A stretch of DNA of 64,000 nt from Octopus vulgaris (GCA_951406725.2 OX597817.1:152706001-152770000); one strand, 5' to 3'. Positions 38,609 to 52,268 are shown, counted from the stretch's first letter. The notes: a model not told the origin generated them from the sequence alone. Made by a program: numbers and translations.

Positions 38609-41600
38609 ATGGCAAATCTTAGAATCGGTTGCTTGAATGTGAGAGGCCTCGGGTCACCTTGGAAACAGGGTCACCTGTTAAACGACCTGAGGTTTCATGA
38701 TGTGGATGTAGCAGCCATCAGTGAAACCAGGCTCTCCGACCCGCAGGAACTCGCAGCCCTTTTCGGCGGATACGAGATATTTCTATCTCCGTGTCGGCCG
38801 GGAGCGGGCGGTGGTGGTACTGCGGTGTTGTTTCGGAAGGGCCTGGACCTGAAAATAAGGACAGTCTTCTTGGATCCGGAAGGTAAGTTGGTGGTCCTCG
38901 ACGTCGACGGTAGTGACGGCGGTGCTTTCAGACTGCTGGCTGCCTACGCTCCGACAGGAGCAGGGCAGTCGGATTATTTCAAACGTCTGGAAGTTTTCCT
39001 GGGAACGTCACGCACTCTAGTACTAGTTGGGGATTGGAACGCTGTCTTAGACGAACGTTTCGATCGGGTGGGCAGGGGAGCGTCTGTTAGGAGAGGGGAG
39101 GGTGCAAGAGCCTCGCCAACCTACTCGGCCGCTTTCAGCTGTCCGACAGGTTTCGACTAGACAACCCGAATGTGCCAATGTGGACTTGGACAAACCGCAT
39201 CGGGTCGTCTAGATCGTACTTAGATAGAGTGTTTTGTAGGCCAGCGGATAAGGACAGCGTAGGGTGTCCACAATTCCACCTAGTCGAATATACGGACCAC
39301 AAATTAGTGATCTGTACGGTCGACTTAGATAGGCTACATAGACAGGGACCCGGCTACTGGAAGCTGAACGCGTCGTTAACGGCGTGCAAAGCTTACAGAG
39401 ACCGGATTAGTTTACTAGTTAAGCGGGCGCTCACGGGGGCAATCATCAACAACAACTGGTGGTTTGCCCTCAAGAGAGCAATTAGAGTAGAGTCGATTAG
39501 GTATAGTAAGACTCTAGCTATTGAACGTAGGAAGAGAGAGCGGGATTTAGTTAAGAAACTAGACGAGGCTCTTGACACTGGCATCGCGACCGACGTGTTG
39601 GCGGCAAGGTTGGCCCTCGACCAACACTTCGACGCCAAACACGAAGGCTGCGTTGTCAGAGCTAAGGCACGTTCGCTAAACGGGGAGGGGACTAGAGCCG
39701 CTCGATGAGCCCGCGTGGCGGAGGCGAAGCGAGGCAACAAAGCAACCATTCGGTCTTTGGTGGACCAGAACGGGCGCGAGGTTACCCAACCGAAGCAGAT
39801 GTGTACGGTGCTTCAGCGTCACTTTGCTCAACTGTTTGGGACGAGCGGTGGAACGGACACCAACGGTACAGACTTCGGTGTGTACCTGGACGGACTGCCG
39901 CAACTCTCGGACAGCGAGGCGGAGTGCTGCGAAGGACCGATATCTGCCTGGGAAGTACAGGAAGCGATGAAGAGTTGCACGAGAGGTAGATCGCCGGGTT
40001 TGGATGGTCTGCCCTACGAGCTTTACTTTTCGATGCCAGACTTGTTTGCGGACCTGTTGGCAAACGTCTACTGCAACTGGCAGCAAAACGGGAGAATTCC
40101 TGCTTTTGTCTGTCGAGGGGTGGTGGCTTTGCTAAAGAAGGACCCAAACAAGGGGGACGTTATAGGGAATTTCCGGCCCATCACTCTGCTCAATGCAGAG
40201 TTGAAGATTTTGGCCAAGGTGCTAGCCAAGAGATTGGCGCTTGTCGTGGACAAGCTGGTCGGCGGGACGCAGACATGCGCCGTGCCGACCAGGTCGATAC
40301 ACGACAACCTCCATCTCATGCGCTACATCATAGAGAGGGTGGGTAACGACGCTGGCGCGGGTGGGGCTTTGATCAACTTGGATCAGAGTAAAGCCTTCGA
40401 TAGGGTCGACCATCAGTACCTGGCAGCTGTCCTCAAGGCAGCCGGCTTCGGTCCAGTCTTCCGCGGGTGGATCGCTGCTTTATACAGCAACATCTGCTCG
40501 GTGATACGGGTGAACGGTCACCTTTCGGAACCGTTCGACATCTCGCGTTCGGTCCGCCAAGGATGCCCTCTCTCCTCCCTCTTGTACATTTTGACTCTCG
40601 AGCCATTACTGCGCAAGTTGGAGGCTTTGAGGGGCATCCCGCGTGATCTAGGAGGCGGAAACAGCGTGTCTGCTTATGCCGACGACGTCACCGTGGTGGT
40701 GTCGAGCCACAGGCACATTAGCCTGATTGGCGAGACGCTAAACCAGTACGAAGCGGTGACAGGGGCAAAGATTAACGCGGAAAAGTCTGTGGGCTTGCAA
40801 CTGGGCACCTGGAGAGGCAAGCCCATGCCGTCCAACAGCGTCGTAGGGCGCTGGACAGACGGACCCGTTAAACTGCTCGGGGTCTGGTTCGGTCCGGACC
40901 TCCAGGTGGATAAGAACTGGGAAGAGGTGACGAGCAGAGTGGCACGTCTCACCCAGAAATGGGCCGAGAGGAAGCTGTCCCTGAAAGGTCGAGCGGAGGT
41001 GGCGAATGCGTACATCGCATCCGTCATCTATTACCGCTTGACCGTCGTCCCTTGTCCCAACCGCCGGTTGGCCAAGCTGGTACGTCTGCTCTTCGACTTT
41101 TTGTGGAAGGGTCAGGTGCCACTGGTCAGGCGATCCATCTGCTGTCAACGACCGCTGAACGGAGGCCTTGGAATGCCGTGGTTGCTGTTGCGCAGACATG
41201 CGCTCAGGCTGCGGCATCTCAAGCGCTTCCTAGACGGTGAACAGGTGTGGTCGTCTTTTGTCAGACGCGATTTCCCGCAGCTCGTCTCTTTGACGGAGCT
41301 GCAGACCTGGATCAAACGTAGACCGAGAAAGGGCGCTTGGCACCTCGAGTGCCGTCAAGCCCTCTCCGCCCTCCGCCAGGCGGGCAATGCGGTCGGTTAC
41401 AGCTCCACTCTAGCGTTCTATAGAGGGTTAGTGGAGGAAAAATGCGACGACGTTCTCGGGGAAACTCTAGGCGTTGAAGACAACGAACTGAGCAGTCTGT
41501 TCGGGAGGACTTTCGGGCCGGGGCCGATGGATAATTTCCAGAGGTCTCTCGCCTGGCAGTGCTACCGAGGGGCTCTGCCTGTTCGAGATAAACTCTACCG

Positions 41601-42042
41601 GCACGGAAGTGCCGTCAGCCGGGCCTGCCCGAGGTGTTGCCAGGACGACGAAACCGTTCTGCACGCACTCGTCCAGTGCCCGAGTATTGCTGAAATATGG
41701 GTTTATGTCGAACAGCTACTGTCACGTGTAGGACGGATCCGACTATCGGCCGAATCCATAGTGAAGATTGCCCCGCCGACCTCCTTTAACAAGGAGGGCG
41801 AGGCCGTTTTCTTGTGCCTAGTGGCTGTGGCGAAAGAGGTCGTGTGGTGGACTCGTTTAAAAGGGCTAAAGACAGACACTTTCCTCTTTGGTCAAAGCCT
41901 CATCAACTTTTTCAAGTTTCACTTGAAAAGGAAGATGAGGTTAGAGAGGAAAGTGCTGTCCGATAGCAAGTTTTATGAAAGGTGGGTGAATTGTGCGAGA
42001 CTGGCCTGTATAAATGGACCAGTTCTCAGGTTTCGCCTGTGA
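38609..42042 (+). pseudogene. Tx1/L1 ORF2 (APE endonuclease, RT, C-terminal CCHC) with one frameshift (~39090-39105) and one in-frame TGA (39706-39708)
   Basis: GCLNVRG, SET, YAP, GDWN, SYLDRV, TDH, WKLN, SPGLDG, FRPITLLN, DQSKAFDRV, RQGCPLS, YADD, GGLG, CPRC..ETVLHALVQC. Confidence 0.92.
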
Positions 42043-42325
42043 TTTCAAAGAAAAAGGTAATGTAAAAGGAGAAGAAAGGGGACTCTCTACACCCCCTTTT
42101 TTTGACCAGGCTCCCGTTGGCTTTTGTAGGGTTTTTTCCACCGGGAACATTTCGAGACGTCTCCCCCTTTTGGGAGTTTTTCATTGTTTTAATAATCATT
42201 GTTTTAAAGTTTTTTTTTACACGGATTTTTTAACAAACGGACAAAACCCTTTGTAACCTTTCGTCCTGTCCTGTCCCTTTATGTAATCATGCGTGTCAGC
42301 CCTTGTGGCCAATAAAAAAGAATTG

Positions 42326-42382
<57 letters not shown>

Positions 42383-42639
42383 GTTATTATTATTATTAAG
42401 GCAGCGAGGTGGCAGAATCGTTAGCGCGCCGGGCGAAATGCTTAGCAGCATTTCGTTCGTCTTTATGTTCTGAGTTCAAATTGCGCCGAAGTTGACTTTG
42501 CCTCTCATTCTTTCGGGGTCGATGAATTAAGTACCAGTGAAACACTGGGGTCGATGTAATCGACCAGTCCCCTCCCCACAAATTTCAGGACTTGTGCTTT
42601 TAGTAGAAATCATCGTCATCATCGTCATCATCGTCATCG

Positions 42640-42682
<43 letters not shown>

Positions 42683-42935
42683 TATAATTATAATAATTAC
42701 TATTATTATTATTAAAAGGCGGCGAGCTGGCAGAATCGTTAGAACTCTGGGTAAAATGATGATCGGTATTTCGTCTGTCTTTACATTCTTAGTTGAAATT
42801 CCGCCGAGGTCGACTTTGCCTTTCATCCTTTCGAGGTCGATTAAATAACTACCAGTTGCGCAATGGGGTCGATGAAATTGCCTAGCCTCCTCCCCCAAAT
42901 TTCAGGACTTGTGCCTATAGTAGAAAGGATTATTA

Positions 42936-42998
<63 letters not shown>
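42326..42998 (+). repeat. Right copy of the direct duplication flanking the Tx1 element
   Basis: Same SINE B pair and microsatellite interruptions as 35740-36462; GCGAGGTGG versus GCGAGCTGG is one of very few differences. Confidence 0.95.
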
Positions 42999-42999
<1 letters not shown>

Positions 43000-43692
43000 C
43001 GAGTGAGAGAACAGCGCATGTCATCAAAGTGACACTGAGGTAAAAACATACCCATCATGACTACCCGTCTCATTAAGGTACACCAGGCACATGTATCACA
43101 ACCATATGTGTGCGACTTTGTCATCTCACATCAAGATAAATAGTGCATGACCAGTTAGAATTTTCCTCAGGCCGAGTAGCCCATCCCGCTCAAAAGATCC
43201 CTGTATAAGCTTTGTTTAAGGATGATGAACGAAACCCATATGTTTCCAGTAGTGAATTATTTAAACCCCAAAATACTTCCTCTCAACACATGGTTATGAT
43301 GCTCCCCCCTCTACTTCTACCCGTGATCAGAGATGCACATATCGTCAGCCACTAAGGGACGTGCTCAACTGGTCATGACAAATAAATCTGTGGTATTGAG
43401 CAGAATACTTGCTGTAGCCCATCTGTTATATATTTCTTTATTGCCCACAAAGGGCTAAACATAGAGTGGACAAACAAAGACAGACATAGGTATTAAGTCG
43501 ATTACATCAACCCAGTGCGTAACTGGTACTTGATTTATCGACCCCGAAAGGATGAAAGGCGAAGTCGACCTCGGCGGAATTTGAACTCAGAACGTAACGG
43601 TAGACAAAATACGGCTACGCATTTCGCCCGGCGTGCTTAACGTTTAGCACTTTCAATCAGTTAAGATCTGAAGCCACGGGAGCCAGTGCCAG
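42999..43692 (-). mobile_element. (TAA)n-associated non-coding element interrupted by SINE B (43432-43650, minus strand)
   Basis: Reverse complement of 17785-18327. Confidence 0.8.
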
Positions 43693-43727
43693 ATTATTAT
43701 CATTATCATTAATATTATTATTATTGA

Positions 43728-44170
43728 AAGCTGGCGAGCTGGCAAAATAATTGGTACGCTGGGCAAAATGCTTAGCGTCAATTCTTCCCTCCTTCCATTC
43801 TGGGTTCAAATTGCGCAGAAGTCGACTTTGTCTTTTCATCCTTCCTGGGTCGATAAAATAAGTACCAGTCAAGTACTAATGTCGATGTAATCGACTAGCG
43901 TCTTCTCCCAAATTTCCAGCCCTGTGCCTATGATAGAAGGAATTATATAGTTATTGAGAGGCGGCGAGCTGGCAGGCTTGTTAGCACGCACAGAAAATGT
44001 TTAGAAGCATTTTGTTCGTCTTTACGTTCTGAGTTCAAACAGCGTCGAAGTCGACGTTGCTTTCTTTATCCTTTCGGGGAAAATAAAGAAGTATCATTTG
44101 AACACAGGTCGATTTACTCGACATATTCCTACCACGAAATTGCTAGCCTTGTACCTATGGTAGAATGAAT
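43728..44170 (+). mobile_element. Two tandem diverged SINE B copies
   Basis: GGCGAGCTGGCA heads at ~43733 and ~43963. Confidence 0.75.
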
Positions 44171-45087
44171 TATGTAAACATCTTTATTAACGTCATTATC
44201 GGTATCATGAAAGTTATCATCATGATCATCGTCGCCGTTGTCGTCATTGTCATCGTTGTCATCGTCGTCGTTGCTGTCATCAACTATGATGAACATGATG
44301 ATCATGGTCACCGACATCACCACCTTCCTCGTAATTCTCATCAACATTGTCTGTGCCTTCAAGTCAAATGGTAACGCATGACTGACGCAGTAAGGTGAGA
44401 TGTTTCCGAGAAAGAGAGAGAGGAAGATAGATAGATAGATAGATAGAGAAAGAGAGAAAGATAGATAGAGAAAGAGAGAGGGAGAGAAAGAGGGGAAGAA
44501 AGAGAGAAGAGCAGGAGAGGGAGAGATGGTAGAGAAAGAGAGAGGTGGGGAAGGTGTGTGAGGTGAAAAAATATAAATAAAATAAAGGTGTGCAACTGGT
44601 GGATGAAGTGGGGGGAAACAACGCAACAACAACAAAAACAAAAGACAAAACTAAAAGAAATTGGAAGAGATGTGTTCGATAAAACATGTCTCACGCTGAC
44701 TCTAATTTATTGTATGCGCCATTGATAATGTTCGGTGACGTCACAGTGACGTTTACAGTGACGTCTGGAGACTATGGAAACTCATACATGTTGTGGAAAT
44801 GTGTCAATAGGAATATGAAGAGAAAGAAGGAGAAAGAGACAGAAAGAGAGATAGATAGAGAGAAAGAGAGAGAGAGAGTGATAAGGAGAGAGAGAGAGGG
44901 TGATAAGGAGAGAGAGAAAGAAAAATTGAGTGAGTATCTTTCGCTATCTGTTTTCAAAGACTATGTGTGGTTATAAATGTGAATCTTTCTACATCTATCA
45001 AGTGTGTTTGTGTGTATTGTTTAGGTACTTATATCGATGATGATGAGTGTTTATAAACGAGAGTGCGTACCTTTGTTTACACACACA

Positions 45088-45127
<40 letters not shown>

Positions 45128-45166
45128 TACACACAAACACACATACACACACATCAATATCTATAT

Positions 45167-45209
<43 letters not shown>

Positions 45210-45459
45210 TAATAATATATATGTGTATATACACACACACACATTTCTGTTGGTTATAATAAACGGAAGAAGTACTCAATACATTGGTAGTATATGTAGG
45301 TTGATCTAGTGGCCTGTTGCACTGGGGTTTCCCTGACGAGTTGCCTGCTTTTAAGAAAATAGGAAGACTGGAACTTTCTCTGTTTGAAGAACCGGTGACA
45401 CTCCACGAAACTCCAGAGCAACAGGTAACAGAATCACCTGAAATAATATACATAAAACT

Positions 45460-46158
45460 CGACTCCGTCAGTGACAAATGACCATGTGTGCACCTATGAG
45501 GTTCTTCTCCGGAGTACAAGTCTGGGCGGAAAGTCGCTTCACTGGCAAACGCACAACCTAGGGTTGTTCTTACGGAAGACCGGCAGTCGCACATGCATAT
45601 CTGCCTCTCGTGTCCACTCCACCGATGTTATCCAAAGGAAAGACAAAGGCCGATACAGCTTGGCACCAGAGACATCGCAACTCATTTCTACAGCTGAGTG
45701 AACTGGAGCAACGTGAAATAAAGTGTCTTGCTCAAGAACACAACACGCAGTCCGGTCCGGAAATCGAACTCACAATCTCACGATTGTAAGTTCGACGCTC
45801 TAACTGCTGAGCCATGCATCTTCACTAATACACAAAGGCGCGTGGTTTAGTGGTTAAGGCATTCGGCTCACGGTCGTAAGGTCGTAAGTTCAATTCCAGG
45901 CGATGCGTTGTGCCCTTGAGGAAGTCACTTTAGTTCAGGTTGCTCCAGTTCACACAGTTGACAAAAAATGGGTAGTACCTGTATTTCAAAGGACCGGCCT
46001 TGTCACACTTTCTGTCACGCTGAATCTCCCTGTGAACTACGTTAAGAGTACACGTGTCTGTGGAGTGCTCATCCGCTTACACGTTAATTTTACGAGCAAG
46101 CTGTTCCGTTGATGGTATCAGCTGGGTCCCACGTCGTCGTAACCGACGGAGTGCTCCT
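45460..46158. mobile_element. Head-to-head SINE C copies (45460-45825 minus, 45836-46158 plus)
   Basis: Match 35015-35355 and 19478-19857 respectively. Confidence 0.8.
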
Positions 46159-46258
46159 TCTAATACATACATACATACATACATACATACATACATACAT
46201 ACATACATACATAAATAAATAAATAAATAAATAAATAGATAGATAAATAAATAAATAG

Positions 46259-46299
<41 letters not shown>

Positions 46300-47171
46300 A
46301 ATTTAAAATTAAAATGAGGGTGGATAACATAGTAAGACCATAGCGGATCTATTTCTAGCATACGGATGTCCACATAGTGTTTTCCCTCAAATATATATAT
46401 ATATATATATATATCTTTATGATAAAAGGCAGATTTTCTCTGCCTCTGACATACTTTGTTTTTAATACAATTGTACAATATAGAATTTCTTCAATTGGAA
46501 TTTACCTATGATTTTTCGAAGTAGATTCCATTGGGTCATGGCATATAAAGTTTTTTTCAATTTGACCCCCAATTAAGCAAAAATTCGAGAAAACTAAATA
46601 TTTTACGATTTGCCTCTCTAATTTCAACTGCTTCACTCCTTCTATTACCACACTTTCTCGTACTTTCTCTTTGCAAGTATAACGATTTGCCTCTCTAACT
46701 TCAACTGCTTCACTTCTTCTATTACCACACTTTCTCCTACTTTCTCTTTGCAAGTGTACCTTCAACTACTACTCAAAAAAAAAAAAAATACACAGGAAAC
46801 AGAAACAAATAAATACATAACGATTTACTCCTCACACGATTTCTTCAATTGGAATTTACTTATGATTTTTCGAAGTACATTCAATTCTATATTTTATAAA
46901 TTAAAATTGGTTTTTAATTTACTTTCTGTCGCTAAGTTTTGGTAGTATTAATTTGCGAGCGTACTTCAGTTGTCAATTGTTGAAAGAAAGAAATTGTAAG
47001 CTAAGAAGGTGTGTGTCTGTGCGCGCGCGCGCGCGCGTGTGTGTGTGTGAGTGTGTGTGTGTGTGTGTGTAGGATGTGAAGGATAAAAATATGGCAAGTG
47101 GACAGATGTACATATATACATACATACATGTGTGTGTGTGTGTGTGTATGTGTATTAATGTGTGTGTGTTA

Positions 47172-47562
47172 TCTCTCTCTATATAAAGCTGAAGTTGTCT
47201 GTGTGCGCCACGTTTGGTAACCTTCAATTAACACTATCTCCTCCGAGACCCTGCGGCGCAAGTTGACCAAAATTGAGAGTATGATAGAAGAAGGGTTGCT
47301 CTTCATTCCATAGAAGATAAAATTCAAATCGGACCAAGTTAACACCAAAAGTTATTTACATCAAAAAGGTGCTTTTTTTTATGAAAATCCCTATTGTTTA
47401 CGATTTTTTCACTGCTGTGTCGCCACTTTTCGGTGTATTTCAACCAGAAAAATGTTCACTTGAAGAGAATAACAAGCAACATAATGCAAAATTTTTACTT
47501 TTCAAAAATTCCAATTCCAGCCGGTCGTAACAAACCCGAGCAACGCCGGGCGATACTGCTAG
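47172..47562 (+). mobile_element. Non-autonomous Helitron
   Basis: A|TCTCTCTCTATATAAA start, hairpin CCCGAGCAACGCCGGG, CTGCTAG|T end; termini like 13286-13726. Confidence 0.8.
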
Positions 47563-47599
47563 TATATAAATATATTTTTGAAGCCAACAAATTTAGTAT

Positions 47600-47945
47600 T
47601 ACCATTCGTAATAATGATCTGTACAAATGATCTGGCACCCATTCTTGAGTTACGTGGTCTATATATGAAGGTACTGAGTTGTGTCCAAACATCTGTGGCA
47701 TTCAGTTGTGCACTTCATCCATCCGGGGTTTAACAACTATCTTCAGGACCTCAGCGCATCCAGTAGTATCAATTCTAAGAATCTATAGAAAGATGTGAGG
47801 TAGCACGATTTGGCCTTCATTACCATTCCTAAAACCATCACAGTTGCAAGAGACTTACTGAGTAACATTCTGGGTACATCAGAAGGATCTGCATATTACC
47901 ACCTGTAGTGTTTCCTGTTAGACTTTGGTCCGTCTTGCATAAAAG
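47600..47945 (-). pseudogene. Tc1/mariner transposase fragment related to 29487-29969
   Basis: DPSDVPRM, TVMVLG, EGQIVLPHIF, LKIVVKP, TQEW. Confidence 0.5.
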
Positions 47946-48879
47946 AGTTAATTTTCGGTTGGTAGATACCAGCACAAGTCAGAAACAGTTTGTTTGCTGA
48001 AACTATAAACAAAAACATCGGCTCTTCCAAGTTCATTGTTCTGGAGGTGACCCTGACTGACTCAAAGTTAGAAAAGACTGATAGCATTAGAAAATGTTTG
48101 TGTGATGTAAAACACTTTTCTTCCTCATTTGATCTCTGTCATGTTTCTGCTTTCTGTTTCTCTTTGTCTCTGTCTGTGGACTAGTGGAATATAGAAATAG
48201 GGAATGAGAAATAGACATAAAAAGAGACACAGAGGAAAGAAAGAGAGAGAATGAGAGAGAGAGAGAGAGAGCGAGGAGCGTGCGAGAGGGAGAGAGAAGA
48301 AAGTAAGAGAGAGAGAGCGAGTGAGAGAGAGATGGTTTACATTTTTATCCCTATATTCTATGACAGGTTTTAAAATTTGTCATTGAGGTTCAATGTTTTA
48401 AAATTCTAGTAACAGGAGCTAAATTTTCATTTGATCATACCTTAATGTCAAACGCTTACGTATGTATTGGCTAAGACGGGATACCTTTATATCATGTTAC
48501 TCAATCTCCTAGAAATAGCAACCGAAACTATCGCTATCTTTCATTATAGCTTTTTAAAACATAAAAACATACATTCGATGTTTTGAAGTTTTATAAATAA
48601 ATGCCAAATCGTCATTTTAATTAAACCCTGCAGTTAAATGTATGTCGAAATGTTCGTATAGGTCAGTTTGACAACTGCTATATGTCTGTTAGAAATAACA
48701 GTTAAATCGCCATCAAATCATTACCTAGATCCTCCTCAGACTTCGGAATGGTGCAAAGCTTACCATAAATGATATGATATTCCGTCTTCTGAATATTACA
48801 ATTTCGCTGGATGCATTTGTTTCGTTTCCGGAATATCTTTGGGACCAAATAATATGTTACTTGTACATAATAGGGTGCA

Positions 48880-49390
48880 GTTTGCAGTCGGACTCAGCTT
48901 TAATATAATCACCAACGTATCTCAAGAGCAATGAGCTCAGTTTACTATTAGACTCAGATTCGCCAAGATCATTAACACATTTCAAATGCAGTAGGCTCAG
49001 TTTACTCTCAGACTCAGTTTAGCCTTGATAATCAACGCGTGTCAAGGGTAATGGGCTCGGTTTGCTGTCAGACTCAGCCTAGACTCAGCTTTACTATGAT
49101 AATCAACGCATCTGAAAAGCAATGGGCTCAGTTTGCCTCACCGTGATCAGTGCATCTCAAGAGCAATGGACTCAGCTTTGCTATAATCATCAACACATCT
49201 CAAAGGCAATTGGCTCAGTTTTCTGATAGATTTAGCTTTGCAATGATCACCAATGCATCTCAATTACAATGGCCTTAGTTTACTTTCAGACTCAGCTTTG
49301 CCATGATCATCAACGCATCTCAGGAGTAATGGACTCAGTTTACTGTCAGACTCATCTTTCTCAAGACCAGCAAGGCATCTCATGAGCAAA
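48880..49390. repeat. Diverged 60-bp minisatellite (about 9 units, some ~42 bp)
   Basis: GACTCAG at 48891, 48951, 49011, 49072...49289, 49349; unit like GACTCAGCTTTGCCATGATCATCAACGCATCTCAAGAGCAATGGGCTCAGTTTACTGTCA. Confidence 0.9.
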
Positions 49391-49799
49391 TATTGTTGTG
49401 ACTGAACTTGATGGATAAATTGACCGTGTGAAAAAGCCTGTCCTCTTCCATGACCACCTTCAACTTGGAAATTCAAGAATTAGAAAATCCCGATGGTCGC
49501 TTCACAAGGAAAGAGTTAGAATGTCATTTATTTAGAGGCCTTGGATTCAACAAGTGAACAAGGAATTTTTGCTGTTACGCCTACGAATGTGAAAACAGAC
49601 ATAAATCCTATTTTATTAGCCAATTTGTTTGTTGTGCGAAGCAAAATAATGAATTGATTACTGCATGGCGTTACTTTGAAGCAATAGCCGAGAAGCGCCG
49701 GCTACCTCTGCTAATATATATATATATATATGTGTGTTTGTGTGTATAAATGTGTATATATGCATAAGTGTATATATACTTATATCTCTATATATATAT

Positions 49800-49842
<43 letters not shown>

Positions 49843-49910
49843 TATATACACTCATATATACACACATATATACACACGTATATATGCATATCTATCTGTC
49901 TATCTATCTG

Positions 49911-49965
<55 letters not shown>

Positions 49966-49966
49966 G

Positions 49967-50035
<69 letters not shown>

Positions 50036-51011
50036 ATATCTATCTGTATTCATATACATATCCAAAATTACATATGCATATGGACATATTAAACACAGAA
50101 ATGCACAAATAATGTTTATCTTTGAGAATATTCGAAAATATTCTAGAATGTTCATGAGATATTCAACTCATGAACATTTTTCGCTGTCGTGTCGAGAGGC
50201 CATTTGATATTGATAGTTAACGGCCTGCCAGTTTCTGCACTTCTCACTAAACGAAGAAGAAATCTGTAAAAGAACTTGGCAGATTTAATGGGTAATTTCA
50301 ACATTAAGCCTGGCTATTGTGAAAGGAGCCAAATCGAATGTCTTTTACTCGCTTCAAATATTCCAGCTTAATATTTATCAAGACAAAAATAAGGAAAAGA
50401 ATAGCAAAAATAAATAAATAAAACGAAGCATAATTTATCGCCTCGTTTTCATTATCGTCTGCCAGCCGTTTTCTCTGGAGTTTATTTTGATGTTTTGTTG
50501 GTAGTGATAGATTTCTTGGTGGATGGCGATGGTGTGGCTTTGGTTTTGATTATCATTTACATCAATATGTCTCGTCTTTTAAGCTGCAATTATTGCAAGC
50601 TCCCCATTCCCCTTCTTGGTAGATTATCTTCAATATAAATCATATTCACCCTTCCCGTTCGTCCTTCGTCTCCCTCGTTTCATATAATTCTCTACTCATT
50701 CACTTTCGTCTTCAATACCTCCACCACCATCATGATGACTATCACCACCACTATCCCTTCATCATCATCATCATTATCATCATCATCATCATAACCATTC
50801 TCGTCGTCCTCGTCGTCGTCTTCATTCTCGTCGTTATAGCTGTCAGTGCCAACTGGCCAAGTGCTCATTCGTATCTGTACAGACTTACAATTACACACAC
50901 GCGCACACACACACACACACACACACACAAACACGCATGCATATGCAAGCATATACACAAACATACGAATCGAGTCAGCAATGTCTGTCTGTCTGCTTGC
51001 CTGTCTGTCGG

Positions 51012-51095
<84 letters not shown>

Positions 51096-51747
51096 AATCT
51101 TCCACTTTGTCTTTCTCTGTCTTTGTCAATATCGGTGCATTTGTTTGTAAGTCGATATTGCCAAGAATTCTATCGATCTATTTTCCTATTTAAATGTCTG
51201 TTTACCAATCAGTCAATACATCAATCGATCTAGCGATATATTCTGCATATATCTACACATACACCTCTACACACGTGCGCACACACATATACACGTGCAC
51301 ACACTCACACACACACACAAAATATGATATAATACTATATACCTATTTTACATTTTCTCTGAGAAATAAACCTCGTTGAATGAAGCGTAATATCACAATT
51401 TTAGCCCCCAAATCACATTAAAATAAATAAATAAAATGAAATCAAATAAATAAATAAATAAATAAATAAATAAATATACAGAAGTAAAAAAATTAACGTA
51501 TTTCAGCTGTTGGCAGTTTCTGCAATTCCCTGCTTAGATTTGAACTATTTTACAACAAGCCATCTCGTTTCCTTTTTGCGCATATAGAAGAAAGCAACCA
51601 GTTAGTCAATTTTAGCTTTAGGATTCTGTAAAGGCGCGTGGTCTAGTGGTTATACTCACAATCGTGAGTATAATCAATAGTTGGTTCGATTTCGGGCCGG
51701 GCGGCGTGTTGTGTTCTTGAGCAAAATCTCGTTCATTTAATGTAGTA

Positions 51748-51790
<43 letters not shown>

Positions 51791-51861
51791 CCGGCATGCC
51801 AAAGGATAGATCTGACGTTTCCTCTGCGTGTCATAAAAGGCAACTCAAAGAGGTTGAGGTA

Positions 51862-52268
51862 AGATTTGCCCTCCGACCTCGTAGATTCCTCACCAGCAAT
51901 GACTACCCAGAGCCATGGGCTGGAGGGTTGTCGCCTGAATGGGGCAAAAGTGCCATCCACCAAGACCAGTAGGAAATCACCATCAAATGGTGGATGCAGA
52001 AACGCGCTGTTACATCGCGTGCCACCATAACTTAGTATAACTACTTTTGAATTCAGGGGTGTTAGGATTTGCACTCCGACCTTGTAGAACCCTCATCAGC
52101 GACGAATACCTAAACAGACTCATGGTTGGAGGGTTGTCGCTTGAGTGGTGCAAAGGTGTCATCCATCAAGACTAGTAGGAAATCACCAACAAATGATGGA
52201 CTCAGAAATGTGCTGTTACCCTGCTCCTGCATAACTTAGTACTGCTACTTTCGAATTCAGGGGTGTTT
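51862..52268. repeat. Two diverged ~203-bp tandem units with conserved base-pairing
   Basis: Units start GATTTGCCCTCCGACC / GATTTGCACTCCGACC and end GAATTCAGGGGTGTT / GAATTCAGGGGGTGTT. Confidence 0.85.

Noticed and set aside
39089-39104. Programmed -1 frameshift in ORF2
   Set aside because: No X-XXY-YYZ slippery heptamer, it lies inside the APE domain, and a second lesion follows; a mutation or sequencing indel is simpler.
39706-39708. Selenocysteine or readthrough TGA in ORF2
   Set aside because: No SECIS element or readthrough context evident; a point mutation is sufficient.
46487-46885. Nested local duplications (~45 bp at 46487/46840 and ~75 bp tandem at 46605/46682)
   Set aside because: Consistent with simple slippage or repair duplications; no termini or coding signal.
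48880-49390. CRISPR-like array
   Set aside because: Whole units are homologous with no unique spacers, there are no cas genes, and the context is eukaryotic.
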